NCBI GenBank assembly: GCA_002747745.1
Contig: PDQG01000008.1
Coordinates: 13,661 to 77,660, forward strand
Length of the DNA stretch: 64,000 bases
Reading direction: 5' to 3'
Source: a bacterium DOLZORAL124_38_8
GTDB taxonomy: Bacteria; Patescibacteriota; Gracilibacteria; UBA4473
The notes under the pieces were generated by a model. It saw only the letters and a list, made by a program, of their open reading frames with translations. It was not told the DNA's origin and did not search any database. Positions 57,440 through 64,000 of the stretch are shown piece after piece (the first letter of the stretch is position 1; each line of letters begins with the position of its first letter). Both the position numbers and the translations under genes were made by a program.

Positions 57440-58024
57440 TTATTCAAAAAGAGCGTTAAACCAGTCAATAATTTTAGTCCAAAGGCTTTTTTGGGGTTCT
57501 GTTTTTTTGGTGCGATTATCCTGTTTTTCAGGGGAGTTGTTTGCTTCTGTTTTGGGCGTCATTTGTAAGTTTTCTATCTCTTCGGTTTTGTATCTAGTCC
57601 AATCATCTGATGAACAACCAATATCTTGTTTTAAGGTTAATACTCCATTTTTTACACTAGATTTGGTGGTAATTGGTACAATTTCGTCCTTTTTGAATTT
57701 GGTTGGAATTCCCATCCAACTAGTGGCATCAATTCGTAGTATAAACTCCGATGAGTTGGTTTCTCCTTTTTTTAGAGTGTCCCATTTAACCTTATGAGTA
57801 GTGTATTTTCTTGGTTTTCCTTCGGCGGTTAAGTCCGGAAATGGACCATTCATAAGATTTAAGGCGGCTTCTTTTTCAAAATTTATAATTTTTAAGGTTC
57901 CAATTGTTTGGTATTGGTTTTGTGTTTCTTTTAATGGAGGTGTAACAGGTGGTTTGGCACAGCTTAAGGCAAAAGTTTGACTGGCACTAAATAGTAAAAG
58001 TGTGGCCATAATTAGTTTTTTCAT
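57440..58024 (-). CDS. Secreted hypothetical protein
   Basis: Signal peptide 'MKKLIMATLLLFSASQTFA|LSC'; amphipathic C-terminus 'LWTKIIDWFNALF'. Confidence 0.7.
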   Translation of the reverse strand: MKKLIMATLLLFSASQTFALSCAKPPVTPPLKETQNQYQTIGTLKIINFEKEAALNLMNGPFPDLTAEGKPRKYTTHKVKWDTLKKGETNSSEFILRIDATSWMGIPTKFKKDEIVPITTKSSVKNGVLTLKQDIGCSSDDWTRYKTEEIENLQMTPKTEANNSPEKQDNRTKKTEPQKSLWTKIIDWFNALFE

Positions 58025-58087
58025 AATATTGAAAATTAAAAAATATGTTTCCTCTTATATAATACGATAAAAGTATCAAAGAGTAAC

Positions 58088-58113
58088 AAAAAAAACCGCC
58101 AACGGCGGTTTTT
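58088..58113. terminator. Intrinsic terminator after DsbA-family gene
   Basis: aaaaaaccgcc-aac-ggcggtttttt. Confidence 0.75.
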
Positions 58114-58140
58114 TGTTTTATTAAAGGAAACTTCTTTAAA

Positions 58141-58950
58141 TTATTTTTTTGCTTCGTCTTTCATAACAGCTTCAATTTTTGCTTTCATAGCGGCAGCTGG
58201 AAGCATTCCATTTACGAATTCAACTTTTCCAGTTTTGTTGTTTACAATAAAACTGGCTGGCGTTCCTTCTACGCCAGATTTTTGTCCGCTTTCAATATCA
58301 GCTTGTACTTTGGCCGCAATGGCTTCGTCTTTTAGACAAGTATTAAATTTAGCTTTGTTTACGCCTACTTTTACGGCTAGAGTTGGAAGTTCTTCTGCTT
58401 TCATTCCAATGTTTGATTTGGTAGTTTTGAAGACTAATTCGTTGAATTTCCAGAATTTTTCGGCTCCGCCTAATTTTCCTACACATTCTACGGCTTTGGC
58501 TTGTTCAACCGCTAAGTCTCCGTGGAAGGGAAGTGGAAAGTGTCGGAATACTCGGTTTACTTTTCCGTCTAAGTCTTTCATAACGGTACTCATAGTTTCA
58601 GAAAACCGTTTACAGAAAGGACATTCGAAATCAGAATATTCAACAATGGTAATATTAGCTTTTTCTGCTCCGGCTACGTATTCGTTTTCGTTTACTTTTG
58701 GAAGATTTTTTATTTTTTTTGCTTGTTCGGCTTTTTTGGCCGCAATCGCTTTTTCTCGTTCTTCTTTCATTTTGGCTTCTTGCTTGGCGATGTATTTTTC
58801 AATTCCTTTTTCAATCGCTGCGTCTAGGTTTTTCGGATTGTTGTTTTGGTATTGCATACCAAAGAACACCAACGCTCCAGCAATGATCAAACTTGATACG
58901 ATGATAGAAATAGGAAGTAGTAGTTTGTTTTCCGTTTTCTTTTTTGTCAT
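58141..58950 (-). CDS. DsbA/thioredoxin-fold protein
   Basis: N-terminal TM, 'VEYSDFECPFC', 'RHFPL.FH', 'GVEGTP'. Confidence 0.93.
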   Translation of the reverse strand: MTKKKTENKLLLPISIIVSSLIIAGALVFFGMQYQNNNPKNLDAAIEKGIEKYIAKQEAKMKEEREKAIAAKKAEQAKKIKNLPKVNENEYVAGAEKANITIVEYSDFECPFCKRFSETMSTVMKDLDGKVNRVFRHFPLPFHGDLAVEQAKAVECVGKLGGAEKFWKFNELVFKTTKSNIGMKAEELPTLAVKVGVNKAKFNTCLKDEAIAAKVQADIESGQKSGVEGTPASFIVNNKTGKVEFVNGMLPAAAMKAKIEAVMKDEAKK

Positions 58951-59058
58951 TTTTTTTAGGTTTATAAATAAAAACTCGCCACTCATTGTGCGAAAAATTC
59001 ATAAAAAATCAATTCTGCCACGATTTTTGAGCGGTCAGAGGGAAGAAATAATGGTATT

Positions 59059-59541
59059 TTATAATTCTTTTGATTGGGGAGCAAAAAATAGATTCCAGTT
59101 TTTTATGCCTTTGTACAAATGATAGGCTTCTTTAAATCCAAACTGTTTTAGTTTTTTTAACACTTGTTTACTGCGATTGCCCGTACGACAATATATGGCG
59201 TAGATTTTGTTTTTATTGAGTTGTTTTATTTGCGTTTCAAAATTTGGGTCATAAAAGTTCAGTTCTTGGGCGGAATCCAGAATTTTTCCGTTTTTTATTT
59301 CTTGTGGGGTTCGAACATCAATTAAAACCGTATTTGGGTGTTTCAATATTTGTGCGAATAAAGACGGGGCCACAGCTTGAAAATTTGGGATAGTATCAAA
59401 ACTTTCATATACACGGTAAGAAATACCACTTGATTGAGCCGCCTGATTGATTTGTTCTTGTGGTGGGGGAGTTGTTTGACAAGCTAAGAGAACATTCGTG
59501 AATAGAGCGATGCTCAATAATTTTATTTTGTGTGTGTGCAT
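59059..59541 (-). CDS. Rhodanese-domain lipoprotein
   Basis: Lipobox 'LLAC', 'IDVRTPQE', 'YCRTGNRS', 'LYKGI.NW'. Confidence 0.88.
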   Translation of the reverse strand: MHTHKIKLLSIALFTNVLLACQTTPPPQEQINQAAQSSGISYRVYESFDTIPNFQAVAPSLFAQILKHPNTVLIDVRTPQEIKNGKILDSAQELNFYDPNFETQIKQLNKNKIYAIYCRTGNRSKQVLKKLKQFGFKEAYHLYKGIKNWNLFFAPQSKEL

Positions 59542-60194
59542 GAGCAAGTTTTTGGTTTGTGAGGTATATGTAAAAACATTCCCAAAATGAACCCACTTCC
59601 AAGATGAATAAAGGCGTCTACGAGTGGGTTTACTTCGAAATGATTGAATGAATGTGCTAGATACAAGGCGGCAAACCAAGTTGTTGCAATGACGATAAAA
59701 CTACTGATTTTTTGCCAGGTTTTTGAAAAGGCCCAAGAAATAGATCCAGCGACCAAAATGTCAATTATGAGGTGACAAAAAAATCCAATTTGGGCGAAGA
59801 GGTGGGTGTGTTCATTGGCTAAAAGTTCTTTGCGTAAAAATGCTTCAGGGAAAAAATGGAAACAGAGTGCTACAATGGCTCCTAAGTGCCACCATTGTGT
59901 TTGGATAGAGCAATATTCATGGTTGCATGGCACAAATTTTTTTAGTTTGGTTTTTTGCCAGATAATCATAATAACGACCGCTCCGATAAATCCGAGCAAC
60001 GTTTCAAACGTGAATAAATTTTCAAACAATTCCTGCCATCCAATTTGCGTTCCGTATGATTGAAACCCATGTTGATGATGAACCTCAAAAAGGAGGAGTA
60101 TTCCATGTCCAACTAAATGAGTAATAAGGAAAAAGAACATGGGAAACGCCATAAATTCAAGAACATAGCGTAACGTTTGCAATCTTTTTTTCAT
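59523..60194 (-). CDS. His-rich multi-pass membrane protein
   Basis: Several TM helices, 'PCNHEYC', 'HFFPE', C-terminal 'HIPHKPKTCSCTH'. Confidence 0.7.
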   Translation of the reverse strand: MKKRLQTLRYVLEFMAFPMFFFLITHLVGHGILLLFEVHHQHGFQSYGTQIGWQELFENLFTFETLLGFIGAVVIMIIWQKTKLKKFVPCNHEYCSIQTQWWHLGAIVALCFHFFPEAFLRKELLANEHTHLFAQIGFFCHLIIDILVAGSISWAFSKTWQKISSFIVIATTWFAALYLAHSFNHFEVNPLVDAFIHLGSGFILGMFLHIPHKPKTCSCTHTK

Positions 60195-60226
60195 GATATA
60201 TTTATAGGTTTAGTCGATTGCATATT

Positions 60227-60260
60227 AAAAAAGCCTGTCTATCAGGCAAGGCTTTTTTTT
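60227..60260. terminator. Intrinsic terminator
   Basis: aaaaagcct...aggcttttttt. Confidence 0.6.
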
Positions 60261-60267
60261 GGGGGAG

Positions 60268-60804
60268 TTATTGTATATGAGGCGTTTCTACTTGATTTTT
60301 TGAAAAATAAATTATTAAGCCGTCAATTATTTCGTTTATCTTTTTTATTAGAAGTTCCCTGTATTGCTTGTTTTTACCGTTTGCTCTATTATTTAATTCT
60401 GTTACAACAGGAAGAAAACTATTTGCCGGAAGTAAATGAGATAACCTTTTTTCTAATTCTGTGAGTGAAAGAGTGTTCATATTTTTCTCATTTTCCCAGA
60501 TACTCTTTCCTTGTCTCAGTGCCGTGGCTGCGGCTCTTATTTTTTTATCTACAGTTGATATTGTATAAACGTTATTTAGATAATTCACAAACATTCGGTG
60601 TTCTTCTGAAGACACGTTATCCGCTAAACATTCTCGATCAAGTTCTATTGTTGATGGAGGTTGATTCTGTACTTCTTGTACGTTTGTTTCTATTTCTTTC
60701 AGCACTTTTTTTATTTCTATTTCATCTATGTCTTTTGGTTTAAGTGCCTTTACCTTTTTATCGCCTTCTTCTAAATATTTGTTTACAGCTGTTTCTAAAT
60801 CCAT
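60268..60804 (-). CDS. Hypothetical protein (tandem paralog A)
   Basis: 178 aa; central segment aligns by eye with 60835..61344. Confidence 0.65.
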   Translation of the reverse strand: MDLETAVNKYLEEGDKKVKALKPKDIDEIEIKKVLKEIETNVQEVQNQPPSTIELDRECLADNVSSEEHRMFVNYLNNVYTISTVDKKIRAAATALRQGKSIWENEKNMNTLSLTELEKRLSHLLPANSFLPVVTELNNRANGKNKQYRELLIKKINEIIDGLIIYFSKNQVETPHIQ

Positions 60805-60834
60805 TTTGGTTATATTTCTTAAATATTTTTATAA

Positions 60835-61344
60835 TTACAAGGAAATTGGGATTCCTTTTTTCACTTGTTTACACACTCTTAACAATGCTTTAGTGTACGG
60901 TCCATTCTCTAATTCAGCATATTTTCCTACTACTCTCATATAATTATTGTGTGATAAATTATTTTCAAGAAATTCCTCTAAGTCATTATAGGTGAAGCGT
61001 TTATCTAGGTTTATGTCGAAAAGGAGTCGTCCTTCTCGGAGATTGGCGGCAGCTTCGGTTATTCTTTTGTTGAGGGTCATGGCTGATTTATATTTATTAC
61101 GTATTTGTTCCATGAACTTCTCAAATTCTATTTCCCCTAGTTCTTCTTTTAGGTATTCAGTATCTGTGTGTAATTGATTCACTGTTTTTTTCCTTGCTCG
61201 GCTTCGGGAGGCTCTTTGTTCTGGAGTAAGTTTTTCTTTTTCTGGAAAGAAAGTTGCTGTTTGTGCAATGATGTCTTCATCACTCAAACGAGGTCCCATC
61301 TCATCTACGGCAATTGAAAAATCGGTTTCTAGATTATTTGTCAT
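60835..61344 (-). CDS. Hypothetical protein (tandem paralog B)
   Basis: 169 aa; 'TLNKRITEAAANLREG' vs 'TVDKKIRAAATALRQG'. Confidence 0.65.
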   Translation of the reverse strand: MTNNLETDFSIAVDEMGPRLSDEDIIAQTATFFPEKEKLTPEQRASRSRARKKTVNQLHTDTEYLKEELGEIEFEKFMEQIRNKYKSAMTLNKRITEAAANLREGRLLFDINLDKRFTYNDLEEFLENNLSHNNYMRVVGKYAELENGPYTKALLRVCKQVKKGIPISL

Positions 61345-61360
61345 TTGGATATATTTTAAA

Positions 61361-61864
61361 TTATTGGCTATTGGTTGGTATGATAATCTCTCCAGTTCTT
61401 AAATGCTGATAAAAAATATTTTTTAGTGTTTCTCTTTCATTTTTTTCATTCATGCGACTCGTAATATCAACTATGCTTTGGAAATCTTGAGATGTACAGG
61501 ATTCTCTTAAATAGTCGATTATATGATTTGCTGTTATTCTGAAATTAACCGACTCTGCAAGCGATAGTCCGGTTTGTAAATTGTTTATAATTTTTCTTAT
61601 TGGTTCGTTTGAAAAGATCGTTTTTAACACTTCAAAACGTTCGTATTCTTCTTCAGATAATCCTAATTCTTCGTGGGGAGACTTTTTGGCAATATTTTCT
61701 TCCACTGTTTTTTTGGTAGATTCGTTTATCTTATTTGTTCTTATTTCAACTGATTCTCCGGGCTTTAAAACTCGAGGCGGTCTTTCTTTTGCTTTTATAG
61801 CTTCAGGAGAATTAGAAATTTCTATTGCTTCTTTTCGAATCTCTTTGATAGTTTTTTCTTTCAT
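61361..61864 (-). CDS. Hypothetical protein (possible tandem paralog C)
   Basis: 167 aa; weaker similarity 'EEEYERF..IRKIINNLQTG'. Confidence 0.6.
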   Translation of the reverse strand: MKEKTIKEIRKEAIEISNSPEAIKAKERPPRVLKPGESVEIRTNKINESTKKTVEENIAKKSPHEELGLSEEEYERFEVLKTIFSNEPIRKIINNLQTGLSLAESVNFRITANHIIDYLRESCTSQDFQSIVDITSRMNEKNERETLKNIFYQHLRTGEIIIPTNSQ

Positions 61865-61880
61865 GATTTAGATATTTATA

Positions 61881-62888
61881 TTAAGCATCGGTTACAATCT
61901 TCCATTTTACTTCTTTTTTGAGGTGTCCCTGTGGCACGGTAAACCCAGCGGCTTTGACGTGTCCACCGCCACCAAATTTTTCGGCAATGGCTTTTACGTT
62001 TACATCATCTTTCCGGGTACGGAGCGAGGCTTTTACATTGCCTTTTTCGTCTTCGGAAAGCATTACTGAATATTGAACTTCTGGCATCGAATTAATTAAA
62101 TCAATAACGCCTCCTAAATCTTGTCGTGTAGCACCGAGACTGAGGTAGTCATCTTTGTGTACGCCAACAATGGCGGCTCCTTCATCGGTTACGTGGAGTT
62201 CTTCGAGCACTTTTCCCCAGAGTTTCAATTGTTTGAGGTCATTTGACCGAAACACGTTTTGTGAAATTTTGCTCACGCTTCCCCCGAGTTCGACTAATTC
62301 GGCGGCGGCGGTATAACTGTCTGGGGTGGTATTTTGGTGTACAAATCCGCCAGTATCGGTGTAAATTCCTAAGAGTAAACTGGTGGCAAGTGCACTATTC
62401 ATTTCTACGCCCATTTTTTTCCAGAGATAATACACAATTTCGGCGGCTGATGAAGCGTTGGTAATAACCAAGTTCAAATCACCAAAATTATCATTACTCG
62501 GATGATGATCAATATTAATTTTAAATTTTTGATCGGATAAAATTTCTGGATGATTTTTATCAAATCGAGTGAGTTTTTTGTCTCCACAGTCAACAAAAAC
62601 AATATTTTTAAAATCGTTGAAGTTTGGGGTTTGGGTAAAAGTATCTTTCGTATCGACAAATTTAAAAGCGGTTGGCACTTCATCAATGCACGATACGGTT
62701 GGTGTGAGCCCCAATGACTTGAATCCAAGATATAATCCATAGGCCGACCCAATCGCGTCTCCGTCAGGGTTGGCATGGGTGAGTATTAAGATTTTTCCAT
62801 CGTGTTGTTCTTTGATGTCGGAAATTTTTTCCTGTAATGAATCAATGTATTTGGGTGTGATTTGTTGCGTAACTGATTGATGACTCAT
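61881..62888 (-). CDS. nrnA: DHH/DHHA1 phosphoesterase (NrnA-like oligoribonuclease/pAp phosphatase)
   Basis: 'THANPDGDAIGS', 'IDHH', 'GIYTDTG.F', 'SLR', 'GGGGH..AAG'. Confidence 0.92.
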   Translation of the reverse strand: MSHQSVTQQITPKYIDSLQEKISDIKEQHDGKILILTHANPDGDAIGSAYGLYLGFKSLGLTPTVSCIDEVPTAFKFVDTKDTFTQTPNFNDFKNIVFVDCGDKKLTRFDKNHPEILSDQKFKINIDHHPSNDNFGDLNLVITNASSAAEIVYYLWKKMGVEMNSALATSLLLGIYTDTGGFVHQNTTPDSYTAAAELVELGGSVSKISQNVFRSNDLKQLKLWGKVLEELHVTDEGAAIVGVHKDDYLSLGATRQDLGGVIDLINSMPEVQYSVMLSEDEKGNVKASLRTRKDDVNVKAIAEKFGGGGHVKAAGFTVPQGHLKKEVKWKIVTDA

Positions 62889-63032
62889 AATTTTTTGATT
62901 AATACTAGATTTTATTTTAGCATTTATTTTTACACTTGTCAAATATTATTTTTATTTTTTTATAATAAAAAGACTTCCTATTATTTCTGTACTATCTATT
63001 TGATGGGTCGGGGACTGTGCGATAATTAAAAC

Positions 63033-63062
63033 AAAAGCACTAACGTCAGTTAGTGCTTTTTT
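63033..63062. terminator. Terminator after purB
   Basis: aaaagcactaac-gtca-gttagtgcttttt. Confidence 0.75.
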
Positions 63063-63090
63063 CTTGTTTTTTAAAATGTGAATAAAATTT

Positions 63091-64000
63091 TTATTCAACA
63101 AATAAATCAACGAGTTTTTCCGATTCGCCAGTGTAGGTTTCTGGCGTTAAGTTTATTAATCGTTCTTTGGCTTCGGCTGGAATATCAATTGTCCCAATAA
63201 ATTCTCGTACTTCTTCCAAATTCAAGGCTCTTCCGCGGCTAAACGCTTTGAGTTGGTTGTATGCGTCGGCGTGTCCGTGGGCTCGCATAACCATTTGTAC
63301 GGCTTCGGTTAATACTTCTGGGGCGTTTTGTAAGTCTTCTAATAATACAGCTGGTTTTAGTTCTACTTTTCCAAGTCCTTTTTTCAGGCTTCGTACTGCC
63401 AACAAAAAGTGTCCAAATACAATTCCAAAGTTTCGTTGTACGGTCGAATCGGTTAAGTCTCGTTGCCAACGAGAAATAGGTAATTCGTCAGCCAAAGTTC
63501 GGGCTAATCCGCGGGCTAATTTTAGGTTTCCTTCGGCGTTTTCAAAATCAATCGGGTTTACTTTGTGGGGCATCGTTGATGATCCAACTTCGCCGGCCAC
63601 TACCTTTTGTCCAAAGTATCCCAATGAGATGTAGCCCCACATATCTCGGCACAAATCAATCATTACGGTTGATAATTGGCTGAGTAAATTCATGGTTTTG
63701 GCCTGATTGTCGTGTGGTTCGATTTGCGTGGTTAATGGGTTCCAAGTCAAATTTAATCGTTCGGTTACAAATTCTTCGCTCAAATTAATCCAATCTTCGG
63801 TTGGAAACGATTCTTTGTGGGCGGCAAAGTTTCCAGTAGCACCAGCAAATTTAGCCGAGAAGAACAAGTTGGTGTGATTAATCAAGTCTTTCATTCGTTT
63901 GTAAAATACGGCCATTTCTTTTCCAACGGTTACGGGCGTGGCGGTTTGCCCGTGGGTTCGAGACAACATTGGTACGGCTTTCCAGTCTAAGGCTTTGGCT
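63091..64000 (-). CDS. purB: Adenylosuccinate lyase, 5'-truncated by window edge
   Basis: 'MLSRTHGQ.ATP', 'GSSTMPHKVNPIDFENAEGN', 'SRWQRDLTDST'. Confidence 0.96.
   Translation of the reverse strand, partial: AKALDWKAVPMLSRTHGQTATPVTVGKEMAVFYKRMKDLINHTNLFFSAKFAGATGNFAAHKESFPTEDWINLSEEFVTERLNLTWNPLTTQIEPHDNQAKTMNLLSQLSTVMIDLCRDMWGYISLGYFGQKVVAGEVGSSTMPHKVNPIDFENAEGNLKLARGLARTLADELPISRWQRDLTDSTVQRNFGIVFGHFLLAVRSLKKGLGKVELKPAVLLEDLQNAPEVLTEAVQMVMRAHGHADAYNQLKAFSRGRALNLEEVREFIGTIDIPAEAKERLINLTPETYTGESEKLVDLFVE

Noticed and set aside
58235..59122. 295-aa plus-strand ORF
   Set aside because: Antisense shadow of the well-supported DsbA-family gene; same reasoning for 47051..47788, 30176..30748 and the Ser-rich ORFs opposite the acidic tract at 11.8-12.5 kb.
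1..64000. Genetic code 25 (TGA=Gly) as in some Gracilibacteria
   Set aside because: Conserved genes are full length under code 11, and purK plus several others end in TGA overlapping the next ATG.

Overview
AT-rich bacterial chromosomal segment that most resembles a Patescibacteria (CPR) genome of the Peregrinibacteria/Gracilibacteria neighbourhood. This placement is an inference from CPR-typical families (TrmB-like regulator beside Cys-rich 'GEWGEFFP' proteins, prepilins, PilT, half-size MFS, baseplate-J-like protein) together with purine/pyrimidine genes. TGA is used as a stop (several ATGA overlaps), so the code is 11, not 25. Housekeeping genes (topA, rsmA, lgt, dgt, purE/K/B, dnaA, rsmH, pyrG, secA, hisS, ftsW, fba, V-type ATPase subunit I, tRNA-Leu, tRNA-Gln) are interspersed with many orphan ORFs. 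The main leads are: (1) beside tRNA-Gln, a 57-aa basic protein translationally coupled to a NYN (PIN-fold) nuclease, facing a convergent ~80-nt two-hairpin RNA with its own consensus promoter (candidate RNA-linked toxin-antitoxin/defence module); (2) a type IV pilin frameshifted OFF by a (GAACC)7 repeat in its leader; (3) a pyrC-like CTP-sensing start-site/hairpin switch before pyrG; (4) tandem Cys-rich paralogs with conserved ends and a divergent middle; (5) several Bacteroidota-like genes; (6) a DnaA-box cluster ~5 kb from dnaA. No CRISPR array, integrase or transposase was seen. All family assignments are from motif recognition by eye, not database searches.
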